Of a stretch of 64,000 nt of DNA, positions 24,693 to 37,637 are shown in pieces. The notes below the pieces were generated by a model. It worked only from the letters and a program-made list of their open reading frames with translations. It made no database searches and was not told the DNA's origin. Source of the stretch: Octopus bimaculoides (lineage: Eukaryota); NCBI RefSeq assembly GCF_001194135.2, contig NC_068982.1, positions 155,844,045 through 155,908,044 of the forward strand, given 5' to 3'. The position numbers and the translations under genes were made by a program. Position 1 is the stretch's first letter. Each line of letters opens with the position of its first letter.

Positions 24693-25239
24693 CTAACACA
24701 TAAACAACATTTATACATATATGCACTTATATACAACTGTATCTACGGCTTTAACATACACGGAAGATGTTCTTTTGTATTCCCAAGATTACCCTTCAAA
24801 TATTTATCATCATTTTTATAAACTCTTACCCTTTATTCTTTCCAGTTAGATTTCTGGTAGTTTTCTTCTAAGGGAAATAAACCAGAGATTACTGAAGCGG
24901 GGTAGGAGAGAAAATACCATGGTCGGTAAACAGCGCGATCGGTGACCGGTGACAACCATTTTAATCATCTTCAAGGCTGGTTGTTGGCAAGGATTAGAAT
25001 GGCTACCTTTCTTGGAGATAGACCATATTGTCACATCTCTATAAGTTAGGAGAAATAACCGTAGAGAGATAAAATTAAGTGTCTAGTGAGGATACAGTCA
25101 AATTTAGAAACAATCATGTTAGTGATAGTATGACTGGCGACCAAGGAATTCGATGCAGATTACTGGCAAATAAAGAAATCAAGCATCATTCATAATTAAG
25201 TAAATTTAATTCATAATTTCTAAATTTTAATAATGTAAC

Positions 25240-25388
25240 ATGGAGTTGAGTTTAAATTCCGCCGAGGTTGACTTTGCCTTTCATCCTTTCGGAGTCGATA
25301 AAACAAGTACCAGTTGAGTACTGGGGTCGATGTTGTCAACTTGCCCCATCCCCCGAAATTGCTAGCCTTATGCTAAAATTTGAAATCA
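25240..25388 (+). mobile_element. SINE-B, 5'-truncated
   Basis: tttaaattccgccgaggttgactttgcctttcatcctttcggagtcgataaaacaagtaccag. Confidence 0.88.
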
Positions 25389-25743
25389 GTAATGTTAAAA
25401 GGAGTTCTGTTAGGGTTATTTGTTTTTCGAGAAGAGCTGTTTATTTAAAAGGGTTAGCTTTGTCGACATCTTCGTAGTTTTGTTAGAGTGCAACGTTTTA
25501 ATTTTATTAAAATAATTAAACCGAGGATAAAATTCTATATTTTTTGAGAATGAAGGAAACCCATAATCTGTTCTTGTACACTGGCTCTGATTCTTTGTAA
25601 TTTGATGTTATACAATAGATACCTTTTACGTACAATGTAAAACAAATGTCAACGGACGGAAGTTTCTGAACTTATTAAAAGATAGAGATTTATAGCGTGC
25701 TCTTGTATTTTGAACCATGTTTTATATTGAAAATATATCAGAC

Positions 25744-26131
25744 CAAAGGTCCTCTCCCATTTTTTTTGCCTATGGACCCCTTTGATCACTATTTTATTCT
25801 GGTGGATGCTCATAGCCATTCCATTTTTAAATACTAGTTTTATAGATACTTCTTTCAAAATTCCTATTTTTTTTTTAGATTCTCACACATTTACTTGTGT
25901 TGGCTTGTAATCTGAGCTAACATGCTTCAGTGGCTGGTAACATGTTGAGCTAAATAAAACATAGAGAAAGAACCCTTGCTGTTTCTTGCAATTAGTACAT
26001 CCAAAGCAAAATTTTTTCACGAACCTTTAAAAATACTACTGTGGATCCCAGTTTACTAGTTTGTTTGCATGAAACCCACAAATCTTATATGAACTCGCTG
26101 GGCTCTCATGGACCCCAGTTGAGAATCACCG
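25744..26131. mobile_element. Decayed hAT-type MITE
   Basis: Right end ggaccccagttgagaatcaccg resembles the TIR of the element at 11240; ggacccc subterminal motifs; left TIR degenerate. Confidence 0.6.
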
Positions 26132-26169
26132 TATTAAAAGAATAACTACATATCCAGTTTAGTACAGTA

Positions 26170-26370
26170 GTGTTAGTCTAATCCCTAAGTCATCAATCAT
26201 CCAGCAGACTTTTAATCAAAAGCATTTCAGTAACGACCTTCATGTCTTTCTTGTATATTTAAAACTATATTCTCTACTGTGCCTTTCTTTTAAGACTGTG
26301 CAGTGTGTGATTTGAGGGAGATTTGACTGCTATTTCCAGTTGATCTATTGATTGAGTACAAACTTATTCC
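26170..26370 (-). mobile_element. Family C repeat
   Basis: gtgtgatttgagggagatttgactgctatttccag. Confidence 0.72.
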
Positions 26371-26636
26371 TTGATGCATGATATTGTGTTTCATATCCGC
26401 ATGTCAGTGTAACCCATGCTGCAAATGCATGAAGATTTTAAACATGTATACTTTAACCTGTGTAGCTTTCATCTTTCTTGCCTGCGAGATTTTGGCAAGT
26501 CTCATATAGACATGTGTATCTTACATAAGGAAATTGATTGGAAAAATAGATGAACTAACACACGACTCATACACACACACACATAAGAGTTGCACATTCT
26601 CGCACATACATACTGTACAGTGTTTATCGTTATGGA

Positions 26637-26694
<58 letters not shown>

Positions 26695-26723
26695 CCTACC
26701 TACCTACCTACCTACCTACCTAC

Positions 26724-26799
<76 letters not shown>

Positions 26800-27150
26800 A
26801 TATGTGTGTGCTTATGTATGTATACGTATATATGTATAGAAACATACGTGTATATGTATAGAAACATATAAGAAAAAAGCTAAGATATAGAAAACAAATT
26901 ATAGTATATTACATAATATATATTGTATATGACACAAAATATATGTTAATCAATGCACAAATACACATACATAAAAATACACACACACACGCACACACAC
27001 GCACAAGCACATACACATATGTATATATACATAAACTATATATCCGTATATATACATATACAAACATGTGTGAATAAATATATAATGTATAATATAAACT
27101 TATGATATATACATACATGCATGCACACAAACACACACAGACCCCCCTCC

Positions 27151-27264
<114 letters not shown>

Positions 27265-27811
27265 GTATGTGTGTATAATATAAACTTACTAGCATGTCTT
27301 CCTTTTAGTGGATATATTTAGCCCCGCACGTTTTCAAGTAAATCCATTTTTTGAGTCGTTACTGTGGTAAACCACATACTTTTCTCTTTGTGAATGGACC
27401 TCACTAGTTTCGGAATTTATTACAATTTCATCAGAGAACGGTTCCTCACCTTCCTCACCACAGGGATAACAGTAGCTTATACCTATTTAAAGTTTAGGAT
27501 AATTCGGATTAGACTAAATTTGACTGACCTAATTTGCTTAAAGGATCAATATTATAAATTTTTCATTTTACAAAATGCCTATTTTATATCAACTGTAAAT
27601 TTTCATTCCAGAATATTATCAGAAATATTAATAATTACATTTATAATAGACATATTGCTAAGGCAAAATATATAATTGAATACAAACCCAAGTGATATGT
27701 TAAAATGAAAACATGACTACATATCAACGAAAATAATTTATTAAATGTTAAATAAAATATTTTATCATACATTGTATAAAACGTTAGTTGCTTATTTCTG
27801 TATGTGAAATA

Positions 27812-28350
27812 ATTTTTTCTGCAATAGGCACAAGACATGAAATTTTTGGGAAGGTGGAGAGTCAATTACATCAACCTCAATGCACAACCGGTGCTTATGT
27901 TGGCTTGGCTTTCCGTCGATTACGACGACGAGTGTTCCACTAGATTCGATCAACGGAATAGCGTGCTCGTGAAATTCACATGAAAATGGTTAAGCACCGT
28001 TATCATACTTCAAGAGAGATTCAGTATTACACAGTGTGTGTCAAGGCTGGTTCTTTTGAATAACAGATACAATACACTTTTGCCAGCTGAGTGAACTGAA
28101 GCAACGTGAAATAAAGTATATTGCTCAAGTACACAACGCACCGACGGGAATCGAACTCATGACCTTATGATCATGGGCCGAATACCCAAACCACTAAACC
28201 AAGCACCTTCACTTATTCTGTCAAGCTCCTCAAAATAGTATGGAAGGCTAAGTAGACCTCAGTGTAGGTTGGACTCAGAGCGTAAACCAGGAAGAAATGT
28301 CACTACGCAATGTGTTCGGCGTGTTAACGTTTCTGACAGCTTGCTGCTTT
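27812..28350 (-). mobile_element. Old SINE-B split by the SINE at 27898-28210
   Basis: The halves 27812-27897 and 28211-28350 join into one colinear SINE-B. Confidence 0.7.
27898..28210 (-). mobile_element. tRNA-derived SINE with SINE-E-type head and SINE-D-type 3' body
   Basis: Head ggtgcttggtttagtggtt...gagttcgattccc...ttgagcaatatactttatttcacgttgc as in 60502; tail aatttcacgagc...ccgttgatcg...ctcgtcgtcgtaatcgacgg as in 22390. Confidence 0.85.
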
Positions 28351-28400
28351 TTATTTGCCGGATAATCATATATTTATAACATCTAAATATACTCCAAGTT

Positions 28401-28686
28401 TTGAGTTAGCCCATAAATAATGCGGTTTTTTAAATACTTTTATTTGTCAAAATTAAGATAAATAATGTTCTTTTTAAATCTAAAATATACTCTCCTTCAT
28501 TTTCTACAATGCTCTTCCATCTATCTGGTAGACTTGCAAGACCCCTCTTCCAAAATTCACTTGTCCGTGACGAAAACTACTTCTCCAATATCGATTTATC
28601 TGGTAGACTTGCAAGACTCCTCTTCCAAAATTCACTTGTCTGTGACGAAAACTACTCCTCCAGTACTGGTCTGAATATACATGTAT

Positions 28687-28730
<44 letters not shown>

Positions 28731-29225
28731 CGTGTGAGTGTGATCGCGTGGGGGGTATGTGTGTATGTGTGAAGGCGCATAGCTTTATGGTTAAGGTGTT
28801 GGGATCACGTTCATAAGTTCGTGGATACAATTCCTAGATCAGTACGCGCATTGTGTCATTACTTCTCTGCTAGTTCCTCAACAGCTACGATGAAATTTTT
28901 TTCGTTCCACCAGGGTTTGCAGGACGTCCTTGTCGAACTCTACAGATCTCCCAGAACGAGGCTCGTCTTCTAGGCTGTAGTTTGTTGCCTTTATTGAACT
29001 CATAAAGCAAAATATGCCGAATCACTATGTCACTTCCATTATAGCTTTGAAAAAATAACTGTTAAAATCGAACTGCATTCTTCAAAACTTGCACTAAGAA
29101 CAAGGACAAAGTAGAATCACTACTTGCTTTTATAGCAAGTTGATGCAGGCAGTTTATCTCGTCCCCCTCCGACTTTCAGTTCATGCAATTGAGAAAAACC
29201 GCATTATTTATGGGATGACCCAATA
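28401..29225 (-). mobile_element. Internally deleted mariner (cecropia/Hsmar1-like TIRs)
   Basis: Imperfect TIRs at 28401-28429 and 29195-29223 (cccata-a-ataatgcggtttt); N-terminus from ATG 29039 (MEVT..IRHILLYEFNKG, SLEDEPRSGRSVEFD); C-terminus FSSRTSEFWKRGLASLPDRWKSIVENEGEY at about 28480-28575; (TG)n and a SINE-E head (28771-28860) lie inside. Confidence 0.88.
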
Positions 29226-29779
29226 TATTTTATCTTCGCGCAAAATGATAACACTTGGGAGTATACCGGAAACATTTGTGAGTTACACTAAGGTAACAAC
29301 AATCTAATCCGGATTACGAAACTTATTGGTAAATGCTCGAACAGAATTGTAGTGAATATCTGCTATTTATTGCTAGTGATAAATATATATATATATTGTA
29401 TTTCATTTAACTGTTATAAACATTGAATAAAGTTCTGCATGCTGAAATATTATATACATACGCAAACTCACACGCACGCATACATACACACATATACACA
29501 CATATATAGATCTATAATGTATATATGCATACACGCACACACACACACACATACACATTTACTTACCTGCATACGCACACACATACACACATGCGCGCGC
29601 ACACACACACACACACGCACACACTCATACACATATACATGATGCCTGTCTACTGGAGACCCAGGAAGACCATCAATGACTATTACCCATGCAAAATGTT
29701 AGCAATACCTGTGCATGAGATTATTACATCCGTGGTCGGCTTCATTCGGGTTCGGCCCGTGGCTTCCGTGCTCGCAGAG

Positions 29780-30065
29780 GCGTCTTTTTTCTCGATTGTA
29801 CATTGGAGAATTGCCTCACCGGCGATCTCGAAACCTAGACTTTTAGGTCCAATAAAGCTTGCACGACACTTCATACACCCACTCCACCCTATTGAGATGA
29901 ACCGGAGACAAGCAAGGGCAAGATATCCAGTGCCAATACGGGTAGCAGTCTCAGGAGTGTCGGAACGTTATGATCTCAAGCACAAACAAAAGATCCACAG
30001 AATGTCTAATGTCATTCCGTGCATATCTGGTTTTGTATCAGAATGGCTTTCTCCAAGAGACATAC
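29780..30065 (+). mobile_element. Possible decayed Penelope-like RT thumb fragment
   Basis: FFLDCTLENCLTGDLET*TFR...HP..YQNGF across frameshifts weakly resembles the PLE FLD..T.vYRK..HP..NGYP pattern. Confidence 0.35.
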
Positions 30066-30091
30066 TTTAACGAAAGCTAAGGGGTGCATAC

Positions 30092-30145
<54 letters not shown>

Positions 30146-30155
30146 ACACACACAA

Positions 30156-30204
<49 letters not shown>

Positions 30205-30384
30205 CACACACACATTCATACATACATACTCATATACATACATGCATGCATACATACATGCATGCATACATACATGCATGCATACATACATGCATGCATA
30301 CATACATGCATGCATACATACATGCATGCATACATACATACATACGTACATGCCAAAATGTAACCACATGTAAATCGTTGGCGA

Positions 30385-30570
30385 TTTTCTTCCTCCGTCT
30401 TCCTTTTCTATTGGACTTTCCTCTGTTTCTGAAGAAGAACTTTTCTCGAAACGTTAAACCATCTTTCTTTCCTTCCCTGAGCGTCTGCTAATACTTTTTA
30501 CAAGTACCACGTCCTCGCGCTGTTGTTTTTTTTGTGTTCGTTCTTCGTTTTTTTGGGGGATTTACTACTC
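30385..30570 (+). mobile_element. Penelope-like pseudo-LTR fragment with minimal hammerhead-like motif
   Basis: gttt-CTGAAGA-agaacttttctc-GAAAC-gtt-aaac at 30425-30459. Confidence 0.55.
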
Positions 30571-31120
30571 ATATACATACATACATACATACACACACAC
30601 ATGAACACACACACATGAACACACACACACACATGAACNNNNNNNNNNNNNNNNNNNNNNNNNNNNNNNNNNNNNNNNNNNNNNNNNNNNNNNNNNNNNN
30701 NNNNNNNNNNNNNNNNNNNNNNNNNNNNNNNNNNNNNNNNNNNNNNNNNNNNNNNNNNNNNNNNNNNNNNNNNNNNNNNNNNNNNNNNNNNNNNNNNNNN
30801 NNNNNNNNNNNNNNNNNNNNNNNNNNNNNNNNNNNNNNNNNNNNNNNNNNNNNNNNNNNNNNNNNNNNNNNNNNNNNNNNNNNNNNNNNNNNNNNNNNNN
30901 NNNNNNNNNNNNNNNNNNNNNNNNNNNNNNNNNNNNNNNNNNNNNNNNNNNNNNNNNNNNNNNNNNNNNNNNNNNNNNNNNNNNNNNNNNNNNNNNNNNN
31001 NNNNNNNNNNNNNNNNNNNNNNNNNNNNNNNNNNNNNNNNNNNNNNNNNNNNNNNNNNNNNNNNNNNNNNNNNNNNNNNNNNNNNNNNNNNNNNNNNNNN
31101 NNNNNNNNNNNNNNNNNNNN

Positions 31121-31202
<82 letters not shown>

Positions 31203-32777
31203 CGCACATACATACATGCGCACACATCATATCATGCTTAGACAGACACAAGCTTTAGATACAAATTATTACAATGATACTTATTTATCAGAAGCAACAA
31301 TTAAAATAAAGTATATATACAATGATACATACATTTTTAATTTACATATGTGCATAAAAAAAGCATATATATCTATAAAAAATTAAATAGAGCAATTTTT
31401 GTAAGGAAATACGGAAAGATATAAGCAGCTTCAATGTTTTATTGGGGTTTCCGTTATCAATGTTAATAAGATGATATGCGAAGTTGACTCCAGCGGAGTT
31501 CGAAATCAGAATCGAAAGGGACCTAAGAAAATATTGCCAGACATATTGTCCATAATTCTGTCATTCCACCACGCTAAACTAATAACAAAGTATTTCTTTC
31601 TTTATTCTGTACTAATGAATATTTCCTCTTTTGTTCCTTATTAATTAATACAATTGTTAATCTGGAAAAATAAAACAAACAAAAACAATATACCCCATCG
31701 TGAAAAATAAAAGAAAATGTTTTAGATTGAGGCGTATTGTTATTGATTTTAGTATTACCAAATGGAATAATTAAGTAACAGCCTTGGGATGATCAGATTA
31801 GAAAGGTGGGTGTGTTTAGGGTCTCAGAATACAGCAAACCAATGGCACTTTGGAGTATCCATGAAACCTGTCTCAACTGGACTGTGGCACGTTAGCATTG
31901 GTCAACGTTTCTCTTCAGTCGTTGTCGCGATATATCTCATGATCTAAAACGAAGTGGGCAGTCATACTAAATGTCTTAAAGTAAAGTGTTATAAGTTAAT
32001 TTTGAATGGCTTTAGGGCTGCGTCTTCAAAGAGATTGTACATAGTTATGAAATATCGACTGGTATAGTTCTTTGATATGTTGTGTCTTCCCGGCAGCTTG
32101 ATTTTATACTAGAGCTGCGCTGCACTTAACCTTTTCTTGCATAAACACTTCGTTTGGCTATTGGCCAAAAGATGGTAGATAGACATACACAGAACGGGAT
32201 TAATGCGCGGCTAGATATCACGCTACACATATACACACTGCACATGCGCACACGCAGTTGCGCGCATACATCCACTCGCACACATGCATGCATGCAGTTA
32301 AAGCTAGATAGATTGTTAGATAGATATAAGGGTTGTTCTATTGAAAACTAGAATAGAACACAAGCAACATAGAAACAGTAGCGAGTGAAAAAGAGAAGGA
32401 AAGTAAATAGCACTTTACTCTGTGTGTGTATGTATGTATGTATGTATGTATGTATGTATGTATGTATGTATGTATGTATGTATGAATTATGCATGAGAGC
32501 GTATAAGTTTATGTGTGCACGTATGAGTGAATGTATAACTGTGTACGTGGTGTGTTTATTTGTTTATAAACAAAAATGGATATAACTTCCAATGCACACA
32601 TCCATGTATATTTTATATATGGCAATTCTCTGAGTTTCAGAGAAATATTGATTACAAAAGATCAGAAAACACACACACACACATACACCTGCACATACAC
32701 ACATGCACATACACACACATGCACATACAAGCACATGTAAATAGTTACACAAACGATAGATAAACAGATTCCTCCTG

Positions 32778-32835
<58 letters not shown>

Positions 32836-32933
32836 AATATATCTATCTATCTTCATACCAGTATAATCATATTGATATTCATTCTGCCAAGGGTACTTTG
32901 CGTTTAAATGTTTGGATGCATATTCTATTTTAG

Positions 32934-32990
<57 letters not shown>

Positions 32991-33195
32991 TGAGCTGCAG
33001 AACTTAGATAGAAGGACCAGAAAACTGCTAACAATGCACAACGCACTCCATCATAAAAGTAATACCGAGCGACTCTATCTATCAAAAAGGCAAATTGGTA
33101 GAGGATTACTAAACGCAGAAGACACTGTTGGTACTGCAATACTGGGACTGAAAAATTATGTTCTGCAGGGTAAAGAAAGAATACTTTCAGCAGCT
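32991..33195 (+). mobile_element. R4/Dong-like fragment abutting (TAA)n
   Basis: ELQNLDRRTRKLLTMHNALHHKSNTERLYLSKRQIGRGLL, the conserved post-RT segment; (TAA)n at 32937-32989. Confidence 0.85.
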
Positions 33196-33419
33196 TTCTT
33201 CGTATGTTTACGATATTTTGTTCGTGAAAAAGGACTGAAGTTCCGAAACACCAAGGCACTCAATCTTTCTTTTAAGCGTAAAACTAACACCTTATTTCCG
33301 TATTTCGTTAATTCCAGATTGTTCTTTCTATATTGATTTCAACTGCTTTTATTAAACCTTATGCACGTATACGCTTAAACATTTCTTCTTGTTCTTGATC
33401 ATGTGGTCAACTTCGTTGG

Positions 33420-33515
33420 CATCGTCATCGTTCTTCTTCTTCTTCTTCTTCTTCTTCTTCTTCTTCTTCTTCTTCTTCTTCTTCTTCTTCTTCTTCTTCT
33501 TCTTCTTCTTCTTCT
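33420..33515. repeat. (CTT)n microsatellite
   Basis: Read directly from the sequence. Confidence 0.95.
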
Positions 33516-34001
33516 GTTTGGTGGCTTAGAGAGAAGGAAAATTGCAGATCCTCGCGCCTTCCGAGGAGTCTCCAAGATTGTTAGCAGCGAGCTGGGCTTT
33601 AGAAGAAGGGGTTATGATATATTGCATGCAGCGGTAGAAAACTGTGAATCATGATATCAAAATAGTCTCAATGTGAAAAGATGATTCAAATACTTGCTAT
33701 AGATTGGACTCTGCTAAAGGTACCCATAAAATTCTGATGGTGGTGTTAAACGACGGACACGATGAGATCAGAAATATGCAGAAGAGGATTAATTGCAATG
33801 TATAACCACATGCTATTTAGATTAGCATGTTAATTAAAGGTATCAATCCTAAAGCTAAAAACGTAGAGCTATTGAGAATCCTTGGAACATTCTTCTGATA
33901 AAGACAGGGTTCTTTTTTTGCAATCCCTTTCTGTTTGGATCTGTAAAAATTGTTTTGTATTTACTTGTTTTGTATCTACTTGTTTTTAGTTTTACCTTAG
34001 T

Positions 34002-34396
34002 AATGGTTTCAAATTTTGGCACAGAGCCGGCAGTGTTTGAGGGGAGTACTTAACTGGTTCTTATTTATTGACCCCGAAAAAAATTAAAGGCAAAGTCGGC
34101 CTCGGCGGAGTTTGAGACGGACGAAGTACCGCTAAGCATCGTCTATTCTGCTAGTTCGCTGCTTTTAGTGTTAACTTATTAATGATTTCAAATTTTGGTA
34201 CAAAGCCAGCACGTTTGGGTAAAGGAATAAGTGGATTACATCAACACCAGTATTCAACTGCTACTTATTTTATCAACCCCGAAAGAATGAAAGGCAAAGT
34301 CAGCCTCGGAGGAATTTAAACTCAGAATGTAAAGGAGGACGACCTGCCGCTAAGTATTTGTCCGCCATGCTTACGATTCTGCCAGCTTACCCCCTT
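34002..34396 (-). mobile_element. Two tandem SINE-B copies (34002-34164, 34181-34396)
   Basis: Each has tttcaaattttgg...accccgaaa...aaaggcaaagtc.gcctcgg.gga.ttt. Confidence 0.85.
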
Positions 34397-34429
34397 TAGT
34401 GTCACTTTTTTAGTGGGGAAGGTTTATGG

Positions 34430-34714
34430 AATTTACGAGTAGGAAACACTGATAAAGAACTTCTCTGATTCTTGCTACTTAGTCTTCATACGTACCGTGT
34501 AATTGGTGTAGATAATTGTAGCCAAGTCATTGTCATGTACCGTGCTTGGTAAATGTTTATACCACTTTTTACCAGTTTCCACATCGATGCGTTGGCATAT
34601 TGGCCACTGAAACAGATGGGCATTAGTCCCATATATCTTGGCCACTGAAGATATTGGCCACTGAATATTGGCCACTGCATATTGGCCACTGAAATAGATG
34701 GGCATTAGTCCCAT
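34430..34714 (-). mobile_element. R4/Dong-like pre-RLE fragment with adjacent atattggccactg minisatellite
   Basis: IDVETGKKWYKHLPSTVHDNDLATII resembles the WY.H.P..V.EN segment; tandem repeat at 34596-34714. Confidence 0.55.
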
Positions 34715-35609
34715 GCATCTAAAAATAGGTCTTTCTGTTTCTCATTTTAGTCCCAGTTTCCGAGCCTAATTTCCTTCCTTTCTGTCGTATTTTGTGAGAT
34801 ATTGATCAAGGAGAAATTCCAGCCATGTTTCGTGGTTCGCTACCTCAACAGTTCCTTTATAGGATTCAGTGACTAAGGACATCATCAGGAGGAACCACGT
34901 CCGGTTTCGGGCCCTACTTCTCTACCGTTTTCGACGTGCCCCCCCCCACTTCTGGAGGTGTCTTTAGCTCTGGTGCTGAGTACGGTTTTTCTTTTTCCTT
35001 TGGCCTTTTGTTCTTTGGTTTCTTCGATGTAGCATCAATGAAAGTTAGCGGGCGAATGACCACCATGCCAAATTTCTCTTTAAATACCAGTGGTCTTCAG
35101 CATCCAGCGCTAGCTAACTGTCACACGACACAATCTAGGCTTCATCTGACTAATGGAGGGGAGAGTGCATAGTTTTGGCCCGTGCCCTCACTAGACCTAC
35201 CTTCCAACAGAGTCATATTAGTTTGAGCTCCAGCAGCCAGAGCCGACTAGTTATCTTGTGGTACAAGCCTTCGAACTATCGGGGAGGAGGGCGCACAATG
35301 AACGAGATGATTCCCTCGGCCCAGTTGTCAAGCAGCAACGTTGTGCCAGACAGCCTCACCTAGACACACTATTTCCCAGTCGGCATGTTATTGCTTTCGA
35401 GCCATTTCGGGTCTCATTACTACAAAATACCTTGCAGCATTTAGTTACGCCTCTTTACGTTTCGAGTTGAAATCCTTCTCATCTCAATTTTGCTTTACAT
35501 TTTCTCAAAGTCGGTAAAATAATGTACCACTAAAACGATTGCTATAATTGACTAACCCCTCCCTCTAAATACTTGGCCTCGTGTAATTTTTATTATGATT
35601 ACTCTAAAT

Positions 35610-36028
35610 AAGGTGGCAAGTTGGCAAAATCATTAGCATGCCGGTATTTCGTCTGCCGCTACGTTCTGAGTTCAAATTCCACCGAGGTCGACTTTGCCTT
35701 TCATCCTTTCGGGGTCGATAAATTAAGTACCAGTTATGCACTGGGGTCGATGTAATCGACTTAATCTCTTTGTCTGTCCTTGTTTGTCCCCTCTATGTTT
35801 AGCCCCTTGTGGACAATAAAGAAATAAGAATCATTAGCATGCCGGACAAAATGCTTAGCAGCATATTGTCTGTCTTTATATTATGTTCAAATACTACCGA
35901 GGTCGACTTAGCCTTTTACCCTTTTGAGGTTGATAAAATAAGTACTAGATGAGCACTGGAGTCGATGTCATTGACTTAACCCTTCCCCCGAAATTGCTGG
36001 CCTTGTGCTAAATTTTGAAACCATTATT
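35610..36028 (+). mobile_element. Older SINE-B containing a younger SINE-B (35645-35828)
   Basis: Inner TSD AATCATTAGCATGCCGG (35628-35644, 35829-35845); outer TSD ATTACTCTAAAT (35598-35609, 36029-36040). Confidence 0.92.
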
Positions 36029-36269
36029 ATTACTCTAAATGAGTATTGTTATTACTTTTTTGTTCTCTCTATTTTTACTTTGGGATTATATTTTTCGTCT
36101 TTCTAAAGCCTTATCGCTCGTTTTGTCCTTATATAAATTCTTTTCATCGGTGTAGTCACTTTTTACTTTCTATTTCATTGTTTCTTTATATATAGAAAAA
36201 GGTTACTTTTGTTTAGTTTTCTTCCTATCCCCTAATTGCACAAATCAGTTTCCCTTTAATGCATTTTAA

Positions 36270-36750
36270 GTATTTACCTAGTCCCACTGTTGTTACTTTG
36301 TAGTAATTTTCTCTTTGTATCAAGTACCGTCTCCACTGAGTGCAGGGTAAGTATACTCTATCTATATGAGCCTTAGGAAAGTGGTTTAGGAATGCTGCTA
36401 GTTGTTTGCTAGTTTTTCTGTTTTATCTCTTCAATTCACTTAACTTCCAATTTATGTTTAATCTGCAGTTTTTATTTTATTTTACACTGGGACGGTTACT
36501 GTATTTTATACCTATTATTTATAGCATTCACTTCACTAATAGCCTGTCTCTCCTGGAGTACACTTTTCTAATTTTCTCTTATATTTCTGTATGTTGTGTC
36601 TTATCAGTTCATCTACGCCTACATATTTGTAAGGGTGGATCCGTTCTAATTGTCTGATTTCAATGTCTGCGACTAATTTAATGTTCTCAGTTTTAGTTAA
36701 TTTGCCTCTTATAGTAGCTTTGGCACATTTGTCTAGTCCCTTACTCATTT
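36270..36750 (-). mobile_element. R4/Dong-like RT C-terminal fragment
   Basis: GLDKCAKATIRGKL...YKYVG...NHFPKAHIDRVYLP; degenerate (TAA)n lies on its 5' side (36770-36860). Confidence 0.8.
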
Positions 36751-37573
36751 TTATATTCTGGCTGAAATATTTTTTATATTATTATTTTTTAGTTTATTAT
36801 TGTTATTATTATCAATATTACTGCCATCATTATCATCATTATTAATATTATTATTATTACATATTTATTTTTTTTGTATCTCAGAAGAACTGAAAGAAAA
36901 CAAAAGAATTGAAAAGAAACAGAGAATCCCACCCAACCGCCATATTTTTTTCTTTTGTTTTGTTTTATGTTGTATATTCGCTCATCTTTTGCTGAAACGA
37001 AATACAAATTAGTTAACTTTCTTTAACCCTCCCACTTCTCCTCTCCCACTACATGATGATGAAAATTAGTTCCTTTAACAATTGCTTGTGTAGCGAGGGG
37101 TTGAGAGGATGAGTGGGGAGGCAGGAAGAATTGGTCGTATCCTATATATTAAAGAACCATTCCTAGCTCCCCCTAGCTCCCTCGTCTCCCGCCATCCATT
37201 TCCCGCTCCCTTCTCTTGTAATTCATTTATTTCTCGCTCTTCCTTCTCCCTGTATTTAGTTCTTTCTAGGAAATTAAGACGCGCTGTGTTATTTACCAAA
37301 ATGCTAATCGGAACAGAGTTCTTGGCAAAATTACATGTCCATTTTCGGAAATCTGAGTTAAGAGGAACCGTTTAAAAAAATCTGTACCTTTTTTTCCTTT
37401 CATAATCTCTCTTACCCTTATCTTTCTCTCAGTCTCTCTCTTTCTCTCTCCATCATTCTCTCGCTTTGTCTGGCTGTTTCTTTAAAATCTGTGCCCTCCA
37501 CTCCTTCTCTTTCTCTCACCGCCTCTCGTTACTCTACCCTTTGTCCCTTTCCCACTAATTCTCCAGCATCTGC

Positions 37574-37637
<64 letters not shown>

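Noticed and set aside
28516-28672. Direct repeats resembling a CRISPR or minisatellite array (also 58445-58565, 34596-34714)
   Set aside because: They are tandem duplications without unique spacers, inside eukaryotic TE coding sequence, and no cas genes are present.
29525-30070. 181-aa plus-strand ORF
   Set aside because: It starts in a (CA)n tract and has no recognisable domain in that frame; it is better explained as a frameshifted TE remnant.
33540-33900. Possible RTE-like remnant
   Set aside because: Only scattered motif hints; too decayed to call.
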